From the sequence record OP172792: a stretch of DNA of 64,000 bases; one strand, 5' to 3'. Source of the stretch: Escherichia phage ECO340P2. The translations under genes were made by a program, and so were the position numbers. Below are positions 17,465-25,566 of the stretch, piece after piece; the first letter of the stretch is position 1, and every line of letters begins with the position of its first letter. Below the pieces are notes generated by a model. The model searched no databases. It saw nothing but the letters and a program-made list of their open reading frames with translations, and was not told the origin of the DNA.

Positions 17465-17647
17465 ATGATAATTTTAGCAACAATTCTTATGATGTTGATA
17501 GCAATTGCTATTGTAATTCTGGCATCTTTTCCGGCTGATAAATGGTATTTCAATATTCCACGTATGCTTGTTTTCGGTTTCGCAGGAATTTACATGGGTG
17601 AGACTGTAGTAAATATTAGCAACTTTCTAGAAAGCTATTTTAAATAA
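17465..17647 (+). CDS. hypothetical small membrane protein
   Basis: 60 aa with two hydrophobic helices; RBS GGAGG. Confidence 0.45.
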   Translation: MIILATILMMLIAIAIVILASFPADKWYFNIPRMLVFGFAGIYMGETVVNISNFLESYFK

Positions 17648-17656
17648 GGAGTTATA

Positions 17657-18382
17657 ATGATCGAGAATTTTTTTAAAGATATTAAATTCGATACTGAATT
17701 TTTCAAAAATGCAGCAAAGCACGTGATTGATTGGAATGCCAAAGCACGAGGTGGTGAACAACCTGAATTCACTCAAGAGCTATTTATGTCTCAAATCGGG
17801 TTCGTTCGTGAAGAGCTTAAAGAGTATGAAACAGCCGCGAAAGTAAACGATCATGTAGAACTCTTGGATGCAGCAGCGGATATTTTTGTAGTATCCAGTT
17901 ATCTGACTTACATGTTCTTTGGTGAAGAACATACGATGAATTTCTTGGACTATGCTGTAGGCGATGTTTTTACTCCAACTGTGTATACCGATTTCGATGC
18001 TTTGGAACAAACATTTACAGAGCCAGTTCAAATGGCGCTAATGGCTGCGGGTATTATGCGTATGTCTCGTGACACTCTAATCCGTTCAAAATATCCAGAA
18101 AAGAAAGTTATTAAAGAGGTATTGAAAAGTAATGATTCCAAGTATCCAACTAAACAACAGTTGCTGAAAACTTGGAAAACTTCAGATATCGATTCAGCCA
18201 TTGCACAAGAATGCGCTGCAATTGAAGAACGAAATGCCAATCGTCCAGAAGGGGCATACACTGGTGTTCATGCCGTTTATAATGAAAAACAGAAAGTGTA
18301 TGTGTTCTTTGATGATAAAGGTAAGATCATGAAACCATCGACCTTTGTCAAACCTAATATTGCAGGTATTATTAACAAGTAA
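17657..18382 (+). CDS. hypothetical protein, possible MazG-like nucleotide pyrophosphohydrolase
   Basis: 241 aa; EELKEYETAAK...ELLDAAADIFVV resembles the MazG EExxE...D pattern; weak. Confidence 0.45.
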   Translation: MIENFFKDIKFDTEFFKNAAKHVIDWNAKARGGEQPEFTQELFMSQIGFVREELKEYETAAKVNDHVELLDAAADIFVVSSYLTYMFFGEEHTMNFLDYAVGDVFTPTVYTDFDALEQTFTEPVQMALMAAGIMRMSRDTLIRSKYPEKKVIKEVLKSNDSKYPTKQQLLKTWKTSDIDSAIAQECAAIEERNANRPEGAYTGVHAVYNEKQKVYVFFDDKGKIMKPSTFVKPNIAGIINK

Positions 18383-18438
18383 TGTTGTAAGCCGCCCTTT
18401 ACGGGCGGTAATGTGAGATGTATTAAATAGGAGGAAAC

Positions 18439-19317
18439 ATGTTTGTAAAATCTTTTAAATCCGCTCTGCCTATGGTTGTTGGTGACGATGCTTCTGTAGC
18501 ATCCCTTAACAGCATTACAGATATTCCTCTGGAATTTGTAACAGCAGAAGGCTCCCAGTCACACACTATCGGTCTTGTTCGTTTCGAAGATGACTCCAAA
18601 TTTGTAAAAGAGTTTTCAGATCTTGAACTGCTTAATGTAGGTCAATCTGTGAAGAAGGTAGATAAAAAGAAAGTTAAACGTATTCTGAATGAACGTCTAG
18701 AAGAAATGCGTCAGGATATGGAGAGCGAGGGTAAAGAGTTTTATGTCGATAAAGAAGTAGTCAAAGCAATGAAGGAAGATATTGAATTTGCACTATTGCC
18801 TGAAACAGAACCTGAAGATTTCTTTAACTATGTTGTCTTGGATAAAACTACGAATCTTCTTTATGTTCTTAATGGAAGTAAAAAGGTCGCAGAAGAGATT
18901 ACTTCTTTCCTCCGTTCCGTTCTGGGGACTTTCCCTTCGGTAGGTTTTAGTGTGCACGAAGAAGCTATTGTAAAAGGTTTTGGTGAATTGCTGGAGAATC
19001 ACGAAGCAGATCGTATTACTCTCGGAAATTATATCAAAATGGAGGATAGCGAGGGCGTTGTTGTTTGGAGTAAAGAATCCCTATACGAGTCTAAAGCTGT
19101 CGAACTAAAAGAAGATGGTAAAGATGTGGTTGCAATCGGTCTTGAATATGACGGTGTTGTAGATTTTGTAGTGGATAAAGAGTTTAAACTTTCTAAACTA
19201 CGTTTTCCGAAATATTTTGCAGACGAAGAAGGCAGTATTGAAGCTTCAGTCCTTCTGTGCTTCAATGAGATTCGAGGTCTGATGGAAGATTTAACCAAAG
19301 CAACAATCCTTAAATAA
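18439..19317 (+). CDS. hypothetical protein
   Basis: 292 aa ORF, strong RBS AGGAGG. Confidence 0.55.
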   Translation: MFVKSFKSALPMVVGDDASVASLNSITDIPLEFVTAEGSQSHTIGLVRFEDDSKFVKEFSDLELLNVGQSVKKVDKKKVKRILNERLEEMRQDMESEGKEFYVDKEVVKAMKEDIEFALLPETEPEDFFNYVVLDKTTNLLYVLNGSKKVAEEITSFLRSVLGTFPSVGFSVHEEAIVKGFGELLENHEADRITLGNYIKMEDSEGVVVWSKESLYESKAVELKEDGKDVVAIGLEYDGVVDFVVDKEFKLSKLRFPKYFADEEGSIEASVLLCFNEIRGLMEDLTKATILK

Positions 19318-19321
19318 GTTC

Positions 19322-19350
19322 TTGACTTGCGGGATTAGTTATGATATTAT
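19322..19350 (+). promoter_or_regulatory. sigma70-like promoter (TTGACT-17-TATTAT)
   Basis: good consensus match; followed by hairpin CCTACCT..AGGTAGG + TTTTTA. Confidence 0.45.
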
Positions 19351-19389
19351 GCCTACCTACTTAATGAGGTAGGCTTTTTAGGAGGCGTT

Positions 19390-19599
19390 ATGAAAAAGAT
19401 TCTGACAGTCGTTCTTTTAGCTTTTAGTTTCACAGTAGCAGCAGGTCAAATTACTTTAATCTTGTCTGATTCTGAAGTTAATGGCAACACAAAATATTGC
19501 TACTATTCTAACGCTAACCAAGATGAAGTTATAGCAATCCCGAAAAGTCGTCAATGTCCGTATACTAAAACATTCTCAACAGAGGATGACGATGAATAA
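19390..19599 (+). CDS. small secreted protein (signal peptide)
   Basis: 69 aa; N-terminal MKKILTVVLLAFSFTVAAG; RBS GGAGG. Confidence 0.55.
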   Translation: MKKILTVVLLAFSFTVAAGQITLILSDSEVNGNTKYCYYSNANQDEVIAIPKSRQCPYTKTFSTEDDDE

Positions 19600-20040
19600 T
19601 TAGGGGGAAATATTAGCGGTTATATTTTAATTAAACCTGAAGATCTTCATTTATATGTCAACGAAGAAACAATAGCTGCAATTGATTATGATCAAATCGC
19701 TTTCCAAGCAGCGTCTGCATTAGAGAAAAGAACAATCATTGCGAAGCACATCCCTTCAGGTGCTCAAAAGGAATTTAAAAATAAGACAGAGTTTTGGGGT
19801 AAAAGCAAGACTAAAATTGGAGGTTGGCTAGGAGATACAAATGCAGAAAGAGCCTCCAAAAACAAACGTCCCTTCACAAAGGAAGAGTTCGAAATCATTG
19901 ATAAGCAATACCCGCCAGAAGATATCGGACACACCTTCCAAGCAGCTAAAACAAAAGTCTTAGGTATTCTAAAACATCTACGTTTAGAAAAATATTGCGG
20001 AGTTATTGGCGTAGGAAAAACTTTCAGACACGCCTTCAAA

Positions 20041-20730
20041 ATGCCTGTAGAATATAAGTCTGAACGATTAGATATCAAACCACTTCAGCTTTCAGAAACC
20101 AAAGATTATCTTGTGGAGTTCCACAATGGTGATGTTGTTACTGTAATAGAGGCTGATGATGAGTTAGAGAAGTATGGTTTCCAAGGTTATAAAGATTATA
20201 AAAGGACGGGTAAATTTTCTTATATCGTAGTGTCTATAGATAAAGATAGTTTACATACTCCTAGTATCCTTTTTAATTTCTACAAAGAGGATGGAGTATT
20301 TAAAAATCCAGATATAATTCTTATTGACGAGTCTATTGGCGATATATGGATCGTAGATAAAGGTAAAAAGAAAGAAGTTAAAGGTTGGGGCAGTTACTGG
20401 TTAGCATATCAGATGCTAATGGGAGATAAAACAGATAGTATCCGACCTTATCAAGATTTTGATATTAAGTTCGGAGATATTACTTGTTTTAATCTTCTTT
20501 CAGCTTGTAAAACTCAAGCAGAACTTTTCCAAACAGTTAAAGATACTTACTACTCATGGTTCCCAGATGGTGTTAATTTTACTTCTTGGGATGGAGAAGA
20601 AGTCCATATGACAACAGATGAATGGATAGAAACAATTTTCCAGTTGGTATACATGAAACGCTGGGATAATGACGATACAACATTTGAGAGTATGCTTCAG
20701 TCATACATCTCGCAACAGGAGGCAGAGTGA
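20041..20730 (+). CDS. hypothetical protein (frame stays open upstream to 19600; true start may be non-canonical)
   Basis: 229 aa from first ATG; 147 in-frame upstream codons have no stop and no ATG/GTG/TTG. Confidence 0.5.
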   Translation: MPVEYKSERLDIKPLQLSETKDYLVEFHNGDVVTVIEADDELEKYGFQGYKDYKRTGKFSYIVVSIDKDSLHTPSILFNFYKEDGVFKNPDIILIDESIGDIWIVDKGKKKEVKGWGSYWLAYQMLMGDKTDSIRPYQDFDIKFGDITCFNLLSACKTQAELFQTVKDTYYSWFPDGVNFTSWDGEEVHMTTDEWIETIFQLVYMKRWDNDDTTFESMLQSYISQQEAE

Positions 20731-21686
20731 GCAGATTAACAGAAGAGCAGAAAGCAGATATCCTTAGTATGAGTGCAGAGGGTATGTCTTCTCGCAATAT
20801 TGCAGCAATTGTTTTAGGTAGTCCAACAAGAAAAAGCACAGTAAATGATTTCCTTGCACGTTTCGGTGCAAGTAAACAAGAGCCAGTTAAAAAGAAACAA
20901 CCAGTTATTAAAATTATTGATGTTGAAACTGCACCAGAGATTGCATATACTTTCCGTCGATTCAAAGCCTTCATTTCTCCAGACCAGGTAATTCGTAGGG
21001 GTTATTTGTTATCTTACTCTTCTGCTGATTTGTATACAGGTGAAGTAGAAGGTAAGAACTTATCTTCTTATCCTCTTTTCGATATCGATCATACAGATGA
21101 TTGGGAACTTTGCCAAGATCTTTGGAATCTTCTGAATGAAGCTGATGTTGTTGTGGCTCACAACGGATATAAGTTTGACCGTGCATACATTAACCAACGA
21201 TTTGCATATCACGATATGGCTCCTCCTTCTAATTATGTAGTTGTTGATACATTGAAGGCAGCTAAGAAGCAATTTGCACTTCCTTCCAACTCCCTTAAAG
21301 AAATGGGAGCATATTTCGAAACAGAAAGTGAAAAACTGGATAACGAGGGGTTCCCTTTATGGAAAGCATGTTGTGAAGGTGATCGTGATGCTTTTGAACG
21401 TATGCAGATTTACAATGATGGTGATGTTGTTTCACTCCGTGATTTGTATATGAAAATCCTTCCGTGGATTCCACAGCATCCTAACTTATCCGCTTATTAC
21501 CCAGATGAGAAGGTCCGTTGTTCTCGTTGTGGCAGTGATCACGTTCACGTTGTTACTGGTAAACAATACCACACTGCGGTAAGTTCTTTCGATATCATTC
21601 GTTGTGAATCTTGCGGAGGTTTGTCACGTAGTAGAGCAAACACCAGATCCAAGGATAAACGAGCAGCAACTATTATTGGAATCTAA
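20727..21686 (+). CDS. DEDD-type 3'-5' exonuclease-like protein with N-terminal HTH and C-terminal zinc ribbon
   Basis: IDVETA (Exo I-like), HNGYKFD (Exo II-like), sigma-like HTH at N-terminus, CSRCGS...CESCGG. Confidence 0.5.
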   Translation: MSRLTEEQKADILSMSAEGMSSRNIAAIVLGSPTRKSTVNDFLARFGASKQEPVKKKQPVIKIIDVETAPEIAYTFRRFKAFISPDQVIRRGYLLSYSSADLYTGEVEGKNLSSYPLFDIDHTDDWELCQDLWNLLNEADVVVAHNGYKFDRAYINQRFAYHDMAPPSNYVVVDTLKAAKKQFALPSNSLKEMGAYFETESEKLDNEGFPLWKACCEGDRDAFERMQIYNDGDVVSLRDLYMKILPWIPQHPNLSAYYPDEKVRCSRCGSDHVHVVTGKQYHTAVSSFDIIRCESCGGLSRSRANTRSKDKRAATIIGI

Positions 21687-21691
21687 TAATC

Positions 21692-21716
21692 AGGGAGCTT
21701 ATTGCTCCCTTTTTTA
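21692..21716 (+). terminator. rho-independent terminator
   Basis: GGGAGC-TTATT-GCTCCC hairpin followed by TTTTTTA. Confidence 0.55.
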
Positions 21717-21745
21717 TTGACAAAAATTTAATATTAGTGTATACT
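21717..21745 (+). promoter_or_regulatory. sigma70-like promoter (TTGACA-17-TATACT)
   Basis: directly abuts the terminator T-tract (TTTTTATTGACA). Confidence 0.45.
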
Positions 21746-21772
21746 CTGCTAACCACAATAAAAGGAGGAAAT

Positions 21773-22000
21773 ATGAGCATTACATTAACAGGTAACGAAA
21801 TTTTCGAACTGTTTGAAATGTTAGGTTTAAACTATACCATCGAGAAAGACCCAGATTTACTTGACGTTGAAATAACAATTCAAGAAGATACAGCAATCTA
21901 CAATGATGATGGTGATGTTATCTATCAAGGTAGGGTAGCTTATTATACAGATTACCCAGAAGAAGGCGCAGTAGGAATTCAGGAGGAAAATTATGTCTAA
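21773..22000 (+). CDS. hypothetical protein
   Basis: ATG after AAGGAGG; ORF-track start 21737 lacks an RBS. Confidence 0.5.
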   Translation: MSITLTGNEIFELFEMLGLNYTIEKDPDLLDVEITIQEDTAIYNDDGDVIYQGRVAYYTDYPEEGAVGIQEENYV

Positions 22001-22394
22001 TGCTTTTGATAATCAGGTTGACGGTGATCACTACACAAAAATGGCAATGCAACCTATTGAACTAGCTTATTTGGTTGGTGGCACACCTTGTTTTTGCAAA
22101 TTGGCAAAATACGCAACACGTATTAAAGGTGAACGTCAGATTAACCTAGATAAAGCTATTCATTGTATTGAACTAGAAAGAACCCTTATGCAAAATAACA
22201 CGTATATGGTTCGTGAAAATTATCCATCTATGACAAATGCAGCTAAACATGATCAAGCTATGCTTCTTATTGATTTCTTCACAAAAGATCCTTTAATCCG
22301 AGTGGCACTGAAACACATGTATAACTCTTCTTATGTAGATGCAATTGAAGCTATTAAACAACTTAAGGAACGTATTAGTGGCGAGCAATACTAA
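21993..22394 (+). CDS. hypothetical protein
   Basis: 133 aa ORF, RBS GGAGG. Confidence 0.5.
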   Translation: MSNAFDNQVDGDHYTKMAMQPIELAYLVGGTPCFCKLAKYATRIKGERQINLDKAIHCIELERTLMQNNTYMVRENYPSMTNAAKHDQAMLLIDFFTKDPLIRVALKHMYNSSYVDAIEAIKQLKERISGEQY

Positions 22395-22484
22395 ACAATA
22401 TGGAGCAGGAGAAGTTTATAAAATATTCAACCGAAAAGGTGATAAACTTTTACTAACTTTGACTATTCCAGAAACAATGTGCAA

Positions 22485-22512
22485 GGCGGGGTTAGACCGC
22501 CTTTTGTTTTTT
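22485..22512 (+). terminator. rho-independent terminator
   Basis: GGCGG-GGTTAGA-CCGCC hairpin followed by TTTTGTTTTTT. Confidence 0.5.
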
Positions 22513-22561
22513 AAACACAATATCCCACCAGGGGAATATACAGCTAAAAAGGTGAGCAATA

Positions 22562-23137
22562 TTGGCAGGTGAACCAAAAATAATGTGGGGTGAAGGAACA
22601 CCCTGGAAAACACAAGCTGAATTTTATACTTATCTTAGGGGATGTTTTAGAAAAGCATGGATGAGACACCCTAATAAAATTAAGGTTATCAATGCAAGGC
22701 GTTTTAAAGTTGATCGAGTAGATAAAGACGGCAATGTGATGATAGACAAGAAAACTGGAAAACCAAAACAAGTTTGGAATTGTGAGTGCGAAATATGTGG
22801 ACATAGAGGAGGAATGAAAGACTTCCAAGTGGATCATATTCACGCAGCAAAACAACTTCAATGTTTTGATGATATTCCTCTTTTTGTTTTCCGTTTAATC
22901 TATGTGAAAGAAGAAGATTTGCGAATGGTTTGTAAATTGTGCAACTCTATTCTTGCTTATGCAGACAAGCAAGGCATATCTTTTGAAGAAGCAAAAGCTG
23001 AAAAAGAAGCAATAGCTTTGTGTAGAGCTAAGAAAGATAAAGCTTGGTTGAAGAAGCGTAAAATAGAACCTGAAAGCACAGTAGCAAAACGCCGTAAACA
23101 AATAGTCAAAATCTTATTGCAGAAAATTGAAAGTTAG
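22562..23137 (+). CDS. HNH endonuclease-like protein
   Basis: CECEICGH ... VDHIHA ... CKLCNS arrangement typical of HNH nucleases; Lys-rich C-terminus. Confidence 0.55.
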   Translation: MAGEPKIMWGEGTPWKTQAEFYTYLRGCFRKAWMRHPNKIKVINARRFKVDRVDKDGNVMIDKKTGKPKQVWNCECEICGHRGGMKDFQVDHIHAAKQLQCFDDIPLFVFRLIYVKEEDLRMVCKLCNSILAYADKQGISFEEAKAEKEAIALCRAKKDKAWLKKRKIEPESTVAKRRKQIVKILLQKIES

Positions 23138-23173
23138 TATAAGATAACTATACTAAAAGAGAGAGGAGGTTTT

Positions 23174-23782
23174 ATGCAGATAGTATGTGATTGGGATTTA
23201 GTTGTGGCTCCATTAGATGTGGCTTGGTTAGAATGGTTGAATAAGATTAGTGGCCTTGGTGTTAAAATCGACACATTCACAAAAAATGCAGATTATGATC
23301 TTACCAACTATTTTCCTGGTTTCAGAGAAGAGTTCAATATAGATCCTTACGGATTTCTGGATAATCCTCATCTCTATGATACAATGGGTTTTGTTCCAGG
23401 TATGCCAGATTTCTTAAAGTATGTTTCAAGGAAAGGTAGCAACCTTTTGATCGCAAGTGTGACAAAAGGTGGTCACTTAAGTTCTAAACATAAGCATGTT
23501 TTAAGAACATTAGATACGATTGATTTTAGCAAAGGATCTGGCAACGGCTTTTTTGCTACGAAAGAAAAATACTTATTGCCTTGTGATATAGCAATAGATG
23601 ACAGGGCTGATAACCTACTATATTTTCCAGATGAAGTGGTTAAAATATATTTTAATACGCCTTATAAAGATAACCATCTAGAAGAACTAAAGAAAAAACC
23701 AAATGTTGTGATCACAGGTTTAGAAGATCAGTGGCTAACATGTTTGGATGTTTTTAACACTTTGAACAATTTTAAAAACTAA
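23174..23782 (+). CDS. 5'(3')-deoxyribonucleotidase (NT5C-like HAD phosphatase)
   Basis: N-terminal VCDWDLV (DxD nucleophile motif) and C-terminal IDDR resemble NT5C family. Confidence 0.55.
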   Translation: MQIVCDWDLVVAPLDVAWLEWLNKISGLGVKIDTFTKNADYDLTNYFPGFREEFNIDPYGFLDNPHLYDTMGFVPGMPDFLKYVSRKGSNLLIASVTKGGHLSSKHKHVLRTLDTIDFSKGSGNGFFATKEKYLLPCDIAIDDRADNLLYFPDEVVKIYFNTPYKDNHLEELKKKPNVVITGLEDQWLTCLDVFNTLNNFKN

Positions 23783-23791
23783 GGAGAAAAA

Positions 23792-24790
23792 ATGACAAAA
23801 CAGATTTCGGCTAGTATTATTGCGCATTCCATCACTGAAGACGGAAAAGAGATTGTAACTTTTGAACTAGAATATCCACGTATTATTCATTCAGAATTGA
23901 TGACTCACCGCCTGTTCAGTCGTAATGCTGCTTCTAGCCGTGCTATACCTGTTAAAACACTGATTGAAATGGTGCGAAATCAACCTGCTCGTCCTTATCG
24001 TTTTGGGGCTAACCAACCTGGTATGCAGGATAAAGGTGTTGATCACGATGCTCTTATTGATGCAGGTTATACTGCTCAAGAGTGGTGGGATCTTGCCGCG
24101 CTTAGTGCAGCACGTTTTGCAGAAGAATTCTCTTTGGCAGGGTACCACAAACAAGTTGCAAACCGTCTTCTGGAACCTTTCCAACGAATTAAAACAGTTC
24201 TGACAGCAACAGAATATGAAAATTTCTGGTGGCTACGTGATGACAAAGAAGCCGATCCTACTATCGAAGCTTTGGCTAAAGAGATGCACAAAGAGTATGA
24301 AGGATCTACACCAGAAGTGCTGAAACCAGGGCAATGGCACACACCTTATGTAGACCATTTCTATGATACTATTGGCACAGAAGGTGACGATCATTTTGTT
24401 TTTGGTGGATACTATGTTCAAGATGAATCTGGAGAAGTTGTTGTGCTTACTTTGGAAGAAGCCAAAGCTATTTCAGCTTCGTGTTGTGCACAGGTTAGTT
24501 ATCGTCGTTTAAATGCAACTAAAGATAAAGCTTTAGATATCTATGGTCGCTTGCTGACTGGGCGCAAGGTTCATGCTTCTCCGTTTGAACATCAAGCCAC
24601 TCCAATGCAAGAAACATACGAACAATATGGAGAGAACTGTTTTGAAGATTTGTTTATCAATGCTCCTTGGGATTTTAACTCTTGGGAACCAGGTATTACC
24701 CATGTAGATCGTAATGGTAAGTTTTGGTCTGGCAATTTCAAAGGTTGGATTCAACATCGTCAACTTTTAACAAATCACACTAAATGGTGA
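23792..24790 (+). CDS. ThyX-like protein (flavin-dependent thymidylate synthase family, atypical)
   Basis: THRLFSRNAASSR closely matches the ThyX signature RHR-x7-S-xR but with Thr for first Arg; PFEH element near C-terminus; 332 aa is long for ThyX. Confidence 0.45.
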   Translation: MTKQISASIIAHSITEDGKEIVTFELEYPRIIHSELMTHRLFSRNAASSRAIPVKTLIEMVRNQPARPYRFGANQPGMQDKGVDHDALIDAGYTAQEWWDLAALSAARFAEEFSLAGYHKQVANRLLEPFQRIKTVLTATEYENFWWLRDDKEADPTIEALAKEMHKEYEGSTPEVLKPGQWHTPYVDHFYDTIGTEGDDHFVFGGYYVQDESGEVVVLTLEEAKAISASCCAQVSYRRLNATKDKALDIYGRLLTGRKVHASPFEHQATPMQETYEQYGENCFEDLFINAPWDFNSWEPGITHVDRNGKFWSGNFKGWIQHRQLLTNHTKW

Positions 24791-24806
24791 TCTGTTTAAA
24801 TAGTTA

Positions 24807-24834
24807 TTGACTTTAGTATTAGTTTTAGTATAAT
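24807..24834 (+). promoter_or_regulatory. sigma70-like promoter (TTGACT-16-TATAAT)
   Basis: near-consensus boxes upstream of the 24889 gene; followed by GGGAGGA..TCCTCCC hairpin. Confidence 0.5.
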
Positions 24835-24888
24835 ATAGCACAATACTGGGAGGAGGTGAGTCCTCCCATTCAAAATGAAGGAGAAAAT

Positions 24889-25299
24889 ATGTCATTAGTA
24901 AATACTACAACTTGGGCTACCGTAAGCATGTCTACTGTAATGTCTACCCCTATCTGGAAACTAGAATCAAATAAACACAATGGTAATATCCCACACGAGA
25001 AACAAAATGCTGTTATTAGAGCGTCGCTTGTAATGCTGGGTATGGCTGAAGATTCACACTATTCTGTTGAGCGTAATGTGAATATCCGAAGCAATAACGA
25101 TAAGCGAGTAGTGTTTGCAAATACAACGCTTTTCACTTTCCCTGTTTCACCTAATTGTGGTTTTAAACGAATCTACCAAGAAAATGATATTTTTCATTTT
25201 GGTGATGAAGAATTTACAGGTTGGGGTGCGTCACATATTAAGATGGATGATTTCGGTAACTCTTATGATCCTGCGAAAGCAGATGATACTAATCAATGA
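24889..25299 (+). CDS. hypothetical protein
   Basis: ATG after AAGGAGA; 136 aa. Confidence 0.5.
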   Translation: MSLVNTTTWATVSMSTVMSTPIWKLESNKHNGNIPHEKQNAVIRASLVMLGMAEDSHYSVERNVNIRSNNDKRVVFANTTLFTFPVSPNCGFKRIYQENDIFHFGDEEFTGWGASHIKMDDFGNSYDPAKADDTNQ

Positions 25300-25550
25300 G
25301 AGGGACAATGACTGATAATAAATATGAAGGCTGTGAAATCGAAGTCTATTTTGATGAAACTGTTGGTTGTAATGTAACTGTAATTCTAGACACTTCAAAA
25401 CGTTTATCTCCTAAAAGACAAGAAGCAGACCGTCGAGCAAAAGCAAAAGGGTTTGATGACATAACTCATTTTGAAGGTTTTCTATATGCTAATGGACTTT
25501 TTAATGAAATGAAGTTCGGTTATGATGTAGATGTTTTGAATATGCATTAA
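25296..25550 (+). CDS. hypothetical protein
   Basis: 84 aa ORF overlapping previous stop. Confidence 0.5.
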   Translation: MRGTMTDNKYEGCEIEVYFDETVGCNVTVILDTSKRLSPKRQEADRRAKAKGFDDITHFEGFLYANGLFNEMKFGYDVDVLNMH

Positions 25551-25566
25551 TAATAGGGAGGAGAAG

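Noticed and set aside
18392-18412. Hairpin GCCGCCC-TTTAC-GGGCGGT after the 17657-18382 gene
   Set aside because: Not followed by a T-tract, so not called a terminator; it may still act as an RNA stability element.
19764-20078. 104 aa minus-strand ORF
   Set aside because: Antisense to the long open plus-strand frame 19600-20730 in a region where all genes are on the plus strand.
22339-22572. 77 aa plus-strand ORF between 21993-22394 and the HNH gene
   Set aside because: Its reading frame runs through a strong rho-independent terminator (22485-22512) and it overlaps the upstream gene by 56 nt.
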